Below, one piece after another: positions 27,309-36,690 of a stretch of 64,000 nucleotides of DNA (positions within the stretch are counted from its first letter, which is position 1; the number at the start of each line of letters is the position of its first letter). The translations under genes and the position numbers were made by a program. Where the stretch lies: the NCBI GenBank assembly GCA_963976765.1, contig CAXBME010000011.1:124001-188000 (forward strand). The letters run 5' to 3'. The notes under the pieces were generated by a model. It did not search any database and was not told where the DNA came from. It saw only the letters and a list, made by a program, of their open reading frames with translations. This DNA comes from an uncultured Planctomycetaceae bacterium. Its GTDB lineage: Bacteria; Planctomycetota; Planctomycetia; Planctomycetales; Planctomycetaceae.

Positions 27309-28646
27309 TCAGAACGGAGCATCGACGTTGCCCGCTTCTTCCGGCAGAGCTTCAATCGGCATTTCCGAAACGTTTCCACATTCCAGACGCTCTCGCACGG
27401 CGTCGGCCCAGGGGCCGTCCTGGTCAAACTCAAGATACTGTTTCCACAACGCGATGGCTTCAGCTTCGCGTCCGAGTTCAGAAAGGACCGTTGCTTTATG
27501 ATAGACGGCATCCGGGTAGTCAGCGTGGCAGGTCAATGCGATGTCAAATGCCTCGACCGCAGCCGCTGCGTCGCCCGCCTCAAATCTCAGGCACCCCAGT
27601 TGAGTCCATGCTTCGATGTATTCCTGGTCCAGCTCGACAGCAACGTGGTATCTCTCCATAGCCCCGCCCACGTTTCCGATTCGGTACAACGCAGACGCGA
27701 GATAAAAGTGAATCTCAGCGTCGTCCGGGCATAGCATGAGAGCCATTCGAAACGCTTCAATCGCTCCCGAAATCTCGTCATCACCCAGCAATCCGCAGCC
27801 GTAGTCAAACCATTCTTCGGCATTCCAGTTCGAAGGGTTCGTTTCGGAAACGACACCGAATGACGGAAGCGGGATCGTGCTCGGTGCATCGATGCTTTCG
27901 GAATCTGTCAGACCGCCCCCTTCGTCATCGGTCGCCGCCAGTGAATTGACGGTGGAAACGGGTTCAAAATCAAGCACGCGTTGCCCGGTGCGGGCTTCGA
28001 CAAGTCCTTTTTTATCCCGAAAAACGACTCGCGAATCTCGGGCAAGAATCTCAAGTTGAGCCAATGGGCGATCGACTGAAGGCAGGAGCTGTCGCAGGCC
28101 GCTCAGACTTTGCTCGATCCGGTCACGAGGAATTCCCGACTTGAGCATCTCCTGCAAACGGCGCACGGCCGCAACTTCCTGGAAGTCGAAATACGGCAGA
28201 CGGAACACTCGCTGCACAGGCTCGATCAGCCCCAGCCGCTCCCATCGGCGGACCACTCCGACCGGAATGTCCAGCTTCTGTTGCAGCATCGCCGGAGTGA
28301 ACAACCGATGCACGTCCCGTTCGCGATGTTCCAGACCGAGCAGCCTCAGCCATTCGGACTCTTTGAGAATCTGAAGCGGCACACCGGAATTAATCAGCTC
28401 GACGGCCTGCTCCAGCTTGGCCGAAGCTTTACCTTCCTCGTCCAGCGGCCAGCCTTCCTCACCGACGACAAGCATCGTCACGTGGCCACTCATATGAGCT
28501 GAAGACGAGCCTCCATTTTCCACAACAAGGTCGCACGCCTGCCGATGCGTCATCGACGCAAGGATCCCCGTAAAGGCCACCTTCTCGCCTTGCAGACAAG
28601 GTGAACTTTCAAGTTCTTCGGGAAGAAGTTCAGCGTCGTCGGACAT
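27309..28646 (-). CDS. BRCT + MerR-type HTH + TPR protein
   Basis: BRCT GEKVAFTG...NGG...MLVVG...ESEWL; MerR-like VRRWERLGLIEP...YFDFQEV; C-terminal TPR helices. Start set at ATG 28646. Confidence 0.82.
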   Translation of the reverse strand: MSDDAELLPEELESSPCLQGEKVAFTGILASMTHRQACDLVVENGGSSSAHMSGHVTMLVVGEEGWPLDEEGKASAKLEQAVELINSGVPLQILKESEWLRLLGLEHRERDVHRLFTPAMLQQKLDIPVGVVRRWERLGLIEPVQRVFRLPYFDFQEVAAVRRLQEMLKSGIPRDRIEQSLSGLRQLLPSVDRPLAQLEILARDSRVVFRDKKGLVEARTGQRVLDFEPVSTVNSLAATDDEGGGLTDSESIDAPSTIPLPSFGVVSETNPSNWNAEEWFDYGCGLLGDDEISGAIEAFRMALMLCPDDAEIHFYLASALYRIGNVGGAMERYHVAVELDQEYIEAWTQLGCLRFEAGDAAAAVEAFDIALTCHADYPDAVYHKATVLSELGREAEAIALWKQYLEFDQDGPWADAVRERLECGNVSEMPIEALPEEAGNVDAPF

Positions 28647-28766
28647 CGTGGTGAACTGAAATGTGGAAACTGAAAAGCAGGTTGCGAATCGACTTTCAAC
28701 AATCGTCAACCAATCACGAACGCAACTGATGCCTGAAGCCGCGATGATGACTATTCGAAGTGGCCA

Positions 28767-30158
28767 TCACAACCGCGTGGCTCCACTTCCGATGACAGCC
28801 ACGCGAAGGTCCATCACGTTCGTATGAGTCGGGCCGGTTTTCAGGAGTCCGCCCGCCTTTTGAAAAAACTCGTACGAATTATTGATCGCGAGAAATTCGT
28901 CAGGTCGCAGCCCAAGGCGTTTCGCCTCATCAATCACCGACGCGTCGAGAATCGCTCCAGCCGCGTCGGTCGGTCCATCTTCGCCATCGGTGCCTCCGGA
29001 CAGAATCGCTATTCGCTCCGCACCGTCGTCCCAAAGTTCCTGACACGCAGCAAGAACGAATTCCTGATTCCGCCCACCTTTTCGAGGCAGCTTCGTTTCT
29101 GCAAGGCGCACGACTGGTTCGCCGCCACTGATCACGCACGCGGGTCCAACCGTTGTCGTCCCACTGTCACGCATTCGCAGGCAGAATTCTGCGAAGTCGC
29201 GACCGAGTTCGGAGGCAACTCCCGACAGGCCACTACCCTGATTCTGAACGGTGCAGCCAAGTTCAACGGCCTTTGCTTCTGCCGCCTTGACCGCCACTTC
29301 GTTGTTGCCAATAAGGAGATTGCTGACCTGACTGGAACTGATTTCTGATGAATGTGAGGCAACCGTAATCTTCTCCTGCAAGACCTGTCGCACATTGTCC
29401 GGCACCAAAGACGCATCTCGAATCACACGGTTGATGATTTCAAGGGCGTCCGAGGGCGTTGATTCATCAGCAACAGTCGGTCCCGAGGCGATGACGTCGA
29501 GCGGGTCTCCGATGACGTCCGAAATGATAAGCGACAGCATTCGTCCTGCCCGTACAGCACGAGCCAGACCACCGCCCTTGATCTGCGAAAGCTGCTTTCG
29601 TACACAGTTCAGCTCGTTAATCGTCGCCCCGCCGTGCATCAGCAGACGAGTCATCATCTGTTTGTCGCTCAGCGAAATCCCGTCAGCCGGAGCAGGTAAC
29701 AACGCGCTGCCGCCTCCGGACAACACCACCAGACACAAGTCCGAATCCGTCAGCCCCTTGACCAGTTCAAGAATCTTCTTCGAGCCGACAACGCCTTGTT
29801 CCGTTGGTTCATTCACTCCCGCAGGTCTGGCCGCATGAAGATGAATTCGCGGCAACGGCTGAACGCAATCCGCGGGCACGTTAACCCACCCCATCACTTT
29901 GCAACTTGAATCTGCCCGGCTGAGGACGTCATCCGAGAGAATACCTTCGAGAGCTGCTGCCATTCCGGCACCAGCCTTCCCGGCACCAACCACCACGATT
30001 CGTGAAAGCTGTCGAAGGTCAAATTTCTCATCATCAATCGTGAGGCAATGCTGAGATATCGAAACGACATTGCGCACCAGTCGTCCAGAGTCAACGGCGT
30101 CCACGCCCGCCTGCCAAATCTGCTTTGCATGCTGAGCCAGCAGTTGCGAATCACTCAT
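28767..30158 (-). CDS. Glycerate kinase type 2 (MOFRL/TtuD family)
   Basis: VGAGKAG, LSGGGSALL, SDVIGDPLDVIASGPT, GGRNQE, GTDGEDGPT and GPTHTNVMDL. Confidence 0.93.
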   Translation of the reverse strand: MSDSQLLAQHAKQIWQAGVDAVDSGRLVRNVVSISQHCLTIDDEKFDLRQLSRIVVVGAGKAGAGMAAALEGILSDDVLSRADSSCKVMGWVNVPADCVQPLPRIHLHAARPAGVNEPTEQGVVGSKKILELVKGLTDSDLCLVVLSGGGSALLPAPADGISLSDKQMMTRLLMHGGATINELNCVRKQLSQIKGGGLARAVRAGRMLSLIISDVIGDPLDVIASGPTVADESTPSDALEIINRVIRDASLVPDNVRQVLQEKITVASHSSEISSSQVSNLLIGNNEVAVKAAEAKAVELGCTVQNQGSGLSGVASELGRDFAEFCLRMRDSGTTTVGPACVISGGEPVVRLAETKLPRKGGRNQEFVLAACQELWDDGAERIAILSGGTDGEDGPTDAAGAILDASVIDEAKRLGLRPDEFLAINNSYEFFQKAGGLLKTGPTHTNVMDLRVAVIGSGATRL

Positions 30159-30215
30159 CGGCGACACCACTCCACTTTCGATCAATGTTGAGACAATCGC
30201 CCAACCACAGTCATG

Positions 30216-31667
30216 TTACGACGCATTGTCGTACGGAATGCCGAAGTATTCATGAATGAAAGCTTTGCGGTCGCCTTCGTGGCGAATTAGTTGCACAAGA
30301 GCGTAAAGTTTCTGCTGGTCGCGGCGAAGTTTTCCTTCGAGCCGTTCCTCATCCTGCAGCATCGCCGGTAACTCGCTCAGAATCTTCGGCGGCTGTCGCT
30401 CTCGGTGACCGTCGATCACGCCGTGCCGATCGAACATCTGCAACGCCGTATCGATCCGGTGGTCGTGACGTTTCTTCGGGTGCAGCGTGTCACGCACCCA
30501 CTCCATGCCGAACGCTTCTACTTCCTCCGCACGATGGAGCAGGAGATCGTAAACTCGACCATAATACTCAGCCGTCGGGTTGCTCCACTGGAGAAACTCC
30601 ATCTGCGTCGTCAGGTCATGCTCGTCGTAAAGCAGCACGCAGTCTGATGGCAACCCGTCCCGGCCAGCTCGACCGATTTCCTGATACCACGATTCCATCG
30701 AGCCTGGCGTTTCGGCGTGCATCACAAATCGAATGTCTTCCTTGTCGATGCCCATTCCAAACGCATTTGTCGCCAGCACGAACGAGTTCTGTGAGTTCAT
30801 GAAGTCACTCTGAACCCGCCGGCGGTCACGACGCTCCAGCTGGCCGTGATAGCAGAAGTGCGGAATCTTTTTCTTTCGAAGCATCTCGCTGAACGCATCC
30901 AGAGTCTTGATCAGCGTGAAGTAGACAATGCCGCTTCCGTCAGACTCTGCGTATTTTCTGACGATTCGCAGAATGTGTTCGAGCTTCTCGTCCGTGCCCC
31001 AGACTTCTTCGACAGTAATTTCAAGGTTCGGTCGATCGATGCCTTCGTGAAACATCGCGACGTCGTCTGGCTCAAGTCCAAGCTGACGGACGATGTCCTG
31101 CTGAACGTCTGGCGTCGCTGTTGCCGTCAGAGCGATCGTTGCTGGGTCGCCGACGATCCTGCGGAATTCTTTCAGCCGAGTGTAGTCCGGGCGGAAGTCG
31201 TGCCCCCATTCGCTGATGCAGTGAGCCTCGTCAACTGCCAGCAGCTTGACCTCGCGCCGGGCGAGCACGTCGATAAAGTCAGACTTCCGAAACCGCTCGG
31301 GCGTCACGTAAAGCAGATCGAACCTGCCATTCGCCACCTGGTCGTAACGAGTTTCGCGTTCCTGTCGACTCAGCGACGAATTGATAAACGTTGCTCGAAT
31401 TCCCTTGTCCAGCAACGCGTCGACCTGGTCCTTCATCAACGCGATCAGCGGGGACAGGACAAGCGTTAAAGGCCCCCTGGCCGACTCTTTGTCTGCAGAA
31501 ACTGCATGCAGCAGCGCGGGCACCTGATAACACAGCGACTTGCCGCCGCCTGTCGGCATGATTACCAGCGAGTGTCCGCCAGACATCGTGCGATCGATGA
31601 TCGCTTCCTGCTGACCTCGAAAGGCCGCATGTCCGAAGCGCTTGTTGAGAATCGAAAGAGCGTCCAT
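30216..31667 (-). CDS. recQ: RecQ-family ATP-dependent DNA helicase (short form)
   Basis: MPTGGGKSLCYQ, VDEAHCISEWGHDFRP, ALTATA, ATNAFGMGIDK and YQEIGRAGRDG. Confidence 0.92.
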   Translation of the reverse strand: MDALSILNKRFGHAAFRGQQEAIIDRTMSGGHSLVIMPTGGGKSLCYQVPALLHAVSADKESARGPLTLVLSPLIALMKDQVDALLDKGIRATFINSSLSRQERETRYDQVANGRFDLLYVTPERFRKSDFIDVLARREVKLLAVDEAHCISEWGHDFRPDYTRLKEFRRIVGDPATIALTATATPDVQQDIVRQLGLEPDDVAMFHEGIDRPNLEITVEEVWGTDEKLEHILRIVRKYAESDGSGIVYFTLIKTLDAFSEMLRKKKIPHFCYHGQLERRDRRRVQSDFMNSQNSFVLATNAFGMGIDKEDIRFVMHAETPGSMESWYQEIGRAGRDGLPSDCVLLYDEHDLTTQMEFLQWSNPTAEYYGRVYDLLLHRAEEVEAFGMEWVRDTLHPKKRHDHRIDTALQMFDRHGVIDGHRERQPPKILSELPAMLQDEERLEGKLRRDQQKLYALVQLIRHEGDRKAFIHEYFGIPYDNAS

Positions 31668-31677
31668 AGGAAGCGTC

Positions 31678-33666
31678 TTAACCACGACTTCCATGCACGA
31701 AGATGTCGAGGTAAATCACAAAAAGCATCAGGCCAAGTACGAATGCCATACCGACGTAACTTGCCGCGATGAGAACCTTCTCGCTCGGCTTGCGACGCGT
31801 CACCCCTTCCCAGATCAGGAAGACCATATGACCTCCGTCGAGCACCGGAATCGGCAGGAAGTTCAGAATGGCCAGATTGATGCTCAGAAACCCGAGAAAC
31901 ATCAGCAACTGGGGGATGCCCTGTTTCGACACGGCGTAAGCGACCTTGGCAATTCCAACTGGCCCCGACAGATTCTGCGGCGACAAATCTCGGGAGATGA
32001 GATTTCGCAGCGTCATGTAGATGTCCAGGCCCGTATTTTGAGTCTGGTAAACTCCCATCCGGAAGGCATCGCCCCACGTGTCTGCAATCAAAAGCTGACT
32101 TTGCGGCTGGAGAAAAATACCTCGTTGAGCGATGTACCATTCTTCTTTCGACGGTACCGGTTTCATCTCGTACTTCCTGGTATCACCTTTGAACTTCAGC
32201 GTCACCTTCGCATTGGGCACTTCCTGAAACTGCCAGAGCGCAAAAGCCATGCTTTTTTTCGCCGGATCAACAAACTTAAGCTCGATCGATTTGTCGGCGA
32301 AAATCTTGTTGTAGGTCTCATCGTCAGATTCGATCTTCACCGACTCCAGCACGCCGCCTTCGGGAACACCAGCTCTTGCCGCTGGACTGTCCGGTAGGAC
32401 TTTCAAAACATTAGACGTCAGGTGATAAGCGACACCGATTGACGGAATCCCCAACGGTGTCCCATCTGAGAATGGATATTCGATCCATGCCGGCGTGTCG
32501 TCAGGTATTAGTTTTACCGTGACTTCTTCGAGTTTTGGTGACCCTTCAACCGTTCGCTTCACACGGATCTCGACTTCCTGACCTGCGAGCATTTCCAGAT
32601 GCTCGGCCAGGTGCAGAGGGTTGATCGCTTTCCCGACGTCGACACCGTTTACTGAGGTGATTTTGTCACCAACCTTCAAGCCGCCCTTCGCCGCTGGCGA
32701 GTCATCCTGAATCGCCGCAATCTGCTCGATATCCATCCAGAGCCCAACCTCACGGAACCGAGCCGGCTCGAACTGGACTTCTTCGACGTCGTCACCACGT
32801 TTGATCCCCAGCTTGATTACCCGGGAGCGATGTCGTGCGAGAAGCGTCTGCAACTGAGCGTAAGACTCAACTGGTGCTCCGTCGAAAGAGACAATCGTGT
32901 CGTTGTCTTTCAGAGCGTCTTTCACCCTGGCGGCAGGCGAATCAGGCACGACGGTTGTTTTGACCTCGTTACCGATTTCGGCCACCTTCAACGAGCGTGC
33001 GTCCGAAACGCCGATCATCCGGCGAAGTCCACTGGCGTCCGGCTGGATGACAACTTTGAAAGTCTCACCATCAGCGTGATGCCCCTCGATCTGAATGTCG
33101 CCCCTGGAAAGCGTTGTACCGCGGAGGATGTCCTGAAATGACTTCGTTTCTCGACCGTTGATGCGAGTAAAGACGTCTCCCGATCGGATTCCCTTTTCCC
33201 AGGCTGGCTTGCCGACCACGGCGTGTCCGACGACTGATGGTGACGAGTCAACACCCAAACGGAACGCAATCCCGAAAAACAGCATCCCGGTAATAACGTT
33301 CATGATCACGCCGGCTGAGATGATGCCCATTCGCTGCGGGACGTTCTTTGCCGAGTAAGCCCGCGGATCCTGAGCGATCTCTTCCGTCGTCAACTGACTG
33401 GGGTCCATGTCGTCCTGGCCGAGCATTTTGACATAGCCGCCGAAAGGGATCAGCGAGAGAGCGTATTCCGTATCGCCGCGTTTGAAGCTGCACAGAATCG
33501 GGCCGAAGCCAATGCTGAACCGCTCTACAAAAACGCCACACCATTTCGCAACAGCAAAGTGACCGAGTTCATGGAAGAAAATAACGAGGCCCAGGCCGAG
33601 AGCCACGTAAAGAATATGTACTGCTTTGGTAAGCAGTTCGTTCATGTCGAACGCGAGGATTTCCAC
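31678..33666 (-). CDS. rseP: RIP metalloprotease RseP (site-2 protease with multiple PDZ domains)
   Basis: [23 protein letters not shown] and several PDZ-like segments (SPAA...LKVGD). Conserved position downstream of dxr. Confidence 0.92.
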   Translation of the reverse strand: MEILAFDMNELLTKAVHILYVALGLGLVIFFHELGHFAVAKWCGVFVERFSIGFGPILCSFKRGDTEYALSLIPFGGYVKMLGQDDMDPSQLTTEEIAQDPRAYSAKNVPQRMGIISAGVIMNVITGMLFFGIAFRLGVDSSPSVVGHAVVGKPAWEKGIRSGDVFTRINGRETKSFQDILRGTTLSRGDIQIEGHHADGETFKVVIQPDASGLRRMIGVSDARSLKVAEIGNEVKTTVVPDSPAARVKDALKDNDTIVSFDGAPVESYAQLQTLLARHRSRVIKLGIKRGDDVEEVQFEPARFREVGLWMDIEQIAAIQDDSPAAKGGLKVGDKITSVNGVDVGKAINPLHLAEHLEMLAGQEVEIRVKRTVEGSPKLEEVTVKLIPDDTPAWIEYPFSDGTPLGIPSIGVAYHLTSNVLKVLPDSPAARAGVPEGGVLESVKIESDDETYNKIFADKSIELKFVDPAKKSMAFALWQFQEVPNAKVTLKFKGDTRKYEMKPVPSKEEWYIAQRGIFLQPQSQLLIADTWGDAFRMGVYQTQNTGLDIYMTLRNLISRDLSPQNLSGPVGIAKVAYAVSKQGIPQLLMFLGFLSINLAILNFLPIPVLDGGHMVFLIWEGVTRRKPSEKVLIAASYVGMAFVLGLMLFVIYLDIFVHGSRG

Positions 33667-34802
33667 CGTGTTGTCTCCTCTCGAGCCCAGATATCGAGTC
33701 GGATCAGTTCCGACAGCGACGGACTCGGATCAAAGTTATGCGCATCGAGAACCGCGCGGCAAACGCGCGGGATATCAACAAAATTCAATTGTCCCCGCAG
33801 AAACCGGTCAACAGCGACTTCGTTCGCTGCATTCAACACCGCTCCGCAGGTGCCGCCTTTACGAGCGACCTCAAAACCAAGATCAAGTGCCGGAAAGAGT
33901 TCCCGATCCGGCGGATGAAAATCGAGCGACCAAGCTGTCGACCAGTCCATCTTTGGCCCCGGACACTCCCCCCGATCGGGCCATGTCAGAGCATACTGAA
34001 TCGGAAGCTTCATGTCCGGCGGCGAAAGCTGGGCAATGCAGGAGCCGTCAACAAACTCGACGAACGAGTGTATGACGGACTGCGGGTGGACGACGACCTC
34101 AATCTGTTCAGGTTCGAGGTCGAAAAGCCATTTTGCCTCGATTACTTCCAGAGCCTTATTCATCAACGTGGCCGAATCGACCGTGATCTTCGGGCCCATC
34201 TCCCACGTCGGATGCCTTAAGGCTGTGTCAGGAGTAACCGCTGCCAGTTGCTCGCGCGTTGCGCCACGAAACGGGCCGCCACTGGAAGTCAGGACAATTC
34301 TCTTTACTTCCTTCTCAGATCCACACTGCATCGCCTGAAAAACGGCGCTGTGCTCGCTGTCGACCGGGAGAAGTTTTGCACCGGTTTTCTGAGCCAGTTC
34401 TACAACCTGAGGCCCGGCCACAACCAGCGTTTCCTTGTTCGCAATCGCAACCGTTTTGCCAGCTTCAACCGCAGCCAGAGTGCTCTGCAGGCCGGCAGCT
34501 CCAACAATAGCCGCCACGACGACATCCACGTCGTTATGTGCCGCCAGTTTCGACAGCTCGTCGGCTCCGTAAACGAGTTCCGTTCCGGTCGCAAACTGTC
34601 GAAAATCGACTGATTCGGCTAACTCAGGGTTGCTGATTACGGCCCAGCGAGGATCAAAGTCGTGCGTCTGCGCCGCCAGATCCAGCCAGCGAGTATGCGC
34701 AGAAACTCCCACCAGAACCATTTGGTCCCGGAGTCCGTCGAGCACCTCCAGGCAACTCGTACCGATCGATCCTGTCGACCCGAGGACGGCGATCCGTTTC
34801 AT
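33642..34802 (-). CDS. dxr: 1-deoxy-D-xylulose 5-phosphate reductoisomerase
   Basis: [46 protein letters not shown] and NAANEVAV. Confidence 0.98.
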   Translation of the reverse strand: MKRIAVLGSTGSIGTSCLEVLDGLRDQMVLVGVSAHTRWLDLAAQTHDFDPRWAVISNPELAESVDFRQFATGTELVYGADELSKLAAHNDVDVVVAAIVGAAGLQSTLAAVEAGKTVAIANKETLVVAGPQVVELAQKTGAKLLPVDSEHSAVFQAMQCGSEKEVKRIVLTSSGGPFRGATREQLAAVTPDTALRHPTWEMGPKITVDSATLMNKALEVIEAKWLFDLEPEQIEVVVHPQSVIHSFVEFVDGSCIAQLSPPDMKLPIQYALTWPDRGECPGPKMDWSTAWSLDFHPPDRELFPALDLGFEVARKGGTCGAVLNAANEVAVDRFLRGQLNFVDIPRVCRAVLDAHNFDPSPSLSELIRLDIWAREETTRWKSSRST

Positions 34803-35085
34803 GCAGTGATATTCAGAAGTGAGGTTTACCCGACTCGACCGATTCGACCAGCGGCTAAAAGTTTGTGACTTCGCTTCCCGATTTGATCCTGAGAGTACCT
34901 GTTCCTAAGGCCGCCGTAGCTGGCGACAAACTCTCAGTAAATGTTGTATTTTCCCAAAGGGTCGCGGATTCTAGGATTCGCATGAAAACGCAACAACCGA
35001 GCTGGGTTCAGCCCTCATTAATCCCCGCTCAGCCTGAATCTTCGTCAGGTCTTTTCGGTTATCGAGTCAGGGAAGCAGCATCCAC

Positions 35086-36174
35086 GTGGAGCCAAACGAG
35101 CCGCAATCAGCCGACCAGGAAAATATCGCCCCCCCGTCGCCGGTCTCGGACGGTGAAAATGCCGAAGCTCTCAAAGAGCCTGATTCTGCCGCTGGCGAGT
35201 TTGTGGAAATCTCGCCGCCCCAGCCGAAGCAGGTGCGCCGGCGATTGACGAGCGAAGAATACCGGCGACTGCTCGACAGAAAAATTCGGCGGATGTACCC
35301 GTGGTCGGTTCTGCTTTTCCTGGCAGCCTGCGCGTCGACATGGTTCGTCGGTGGACCAGTGTACGCGGCGGGCGTGATGGGAATTCTGCTGGCTCACGAA
35401 CTCGGTCACTACTTTCAGGCACTCAGGTACAACGTGCCGGCTTCCCCCCCGATGTTTATTCCGATGCCGTTTCTGATGCTCGGCACGATGGGAGCGGTCA
35501 TTGTCCAGGGAGCCGGTTTCGCGAATCGAAAAGCCTTGTTCGACATTGCGATCAGCGGTCCGCTGGCCGGGCTGGTTTTCGCAATTCCGATCGCCTGGTG
35601 GGGACTTCAGGATTCAACCGTAACGACGATTGACCCCACTCAGGGATCCATCATCTTCGGCGACCCGCTCATTCTGAAATGGATGTACGAAGCTCGCCAC
35701 GGCGTGCTGGCAGCGAACCAGGAGGTCGTTCTTAACCCGCTTCTGTTCGCAGGCTGGGTAGGAATTTTCATTACGGCGTTAAACCTGGTGCCAATCGGAC
35801 AGCTCGATGGCGGACATATTCTTTATACGCTGATCGGTCGAAAAGCGCACTGGGTCGCTTATTCGGTGGTCGGTGGAGCGATCGTCTGGATGGTCACCAC
35901 CCGAGACTTTTCATTCATCCTGATGATCGGACTGCTCTACGCCTTCGGACTCAGGCATCCACCAACCGCCGACGATACTGTTTCTCTGGGAGCCGTGCGG
36001 ACGTTGCTCGGCTGGCTGGCGCTGGGATTCGTCCTGATCGGCTTCACGCCAATTCCGATCACGGCTCAGCAAGCGGATCCCTCAGCAGTCACGTCGCCAC
36101 TTGAAACGACGATCGACAGCAATCCTTCGATCATCCCCATGCGACCGATGACCGAATCCGACAAGCCTCACTGA
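35086..36174 (+). CDS. Site-2 protease family protein (peptidase M50, no PDZ)
   Basis: AHELGH, FDIAISGPLAG and NLVPIGQLDGGH; multiple TM segments. Confidence 0.9.
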   Translation: MEPNEPQSADQENIAPPSPVSDGENAEALKEPDSAAGEFVEISPPQPKQVRRRLTSEEYRRLLDRKIRRMYPWSVLLFLAACASTWFVGGPVYAAGVMGILLAHELGHYFQALRYNVPASPPMFIPMPFLMLGTMGAVIVQGAGFANRKALFDIAISGPLAGLVFAIPIAWWGLQDSTVTTIDPTQGSIIFGDPLILKWMYEARHGVLAANQEVVLNPLLFAGWVGIFITALNLVPIGQLDGGHILYTLIGRKAHWVAYSVVGGAIVWMVTTRDFSFILMIGLLYAFGLRHPPTADDTVSLGAVRTLLGWLALGFVLIGFTPIPITAQQADPSAVTSPLETTIDSNPSIIPMRPMTESDKPH

Positions 36175-36253
36175 CGCGTGAAATCCGCCAGAAATAGAGA
36201 ATCACACAAATCTGCAAGAGTTTATCTGACGGCCAAATCAGGCCGTTCTGGAG

Positions 36254-36281
36254 TTGACGGACTGACGCGGATGGTTACTCT
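36254..36281 (+). promoter_or_regulatory. Candidate sigma70-type promoter of the second csp
   Basis: TTGACG-N16-TACTCT, about 80 nt upstream of the ATG. Confidence 0.4.
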
Positions 36282-36362
36282 TTTGGGCTGTGGTGTGGTC
36301 GCCAGAACAGGTTTGCTCGTCCATCACCACATTCGACTATTTTTTTTGAGAAAGCAGATGAG

Positions 36363-36560
36363 ATGGCAGAAGGCACGATCAAGCGGCTGACAGACAAAGG
36401 CTTCGGATTCATCGACACAGGAGATGGTAGCGACATTTTCTTCCACCTGTCGGCTCTGGACGGAGTCACATTTGAGGAACTGTCGGAAGGCCAGCGAGTT
36501 TCGTACACCGCGGGACAGGGACCAAAGGGTCCACGCGCTGAGAATGTCAGGCCTGCCTAA
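36363..36560 (+). CDS. Cold-shock domain protein (CspA family)
   Basis: KGFGFI, IFFH and GPKGPRAENV. 47 of 65 residues are identical to 1912..2109 by manual alignment. Confidence 0.96.
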   Translation: MAEGTIKRLTDKGFGFIDTGDGSDIFFHLSALDGVTFEELSEGQRVSYTAGQGPKGPRAENVRPA

Positions 36561-36583
36561 GCTCCTGAGATTCAAAACTTCCT

Positions 36584-36616
36584 GAGAGCCGGCGAATCAT
36601 TCGCCGGCTCTCTTTA
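36584..36616 (+). terminator. Rho-independent terminator after the second csp
   Basis: Perfect inverted repeat GAGAGCCGGCGAAT-C-ATTCGCCGGCTCTC followed by TTTA. Confidence 0.8.
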
Positions 36617-36690
36617 TGTCCAGACCAGAATTCCACGATTCTTACCGTGATACTCACGGGAAGACCCGTTCCGCCTCCGCCACTCTTTGA

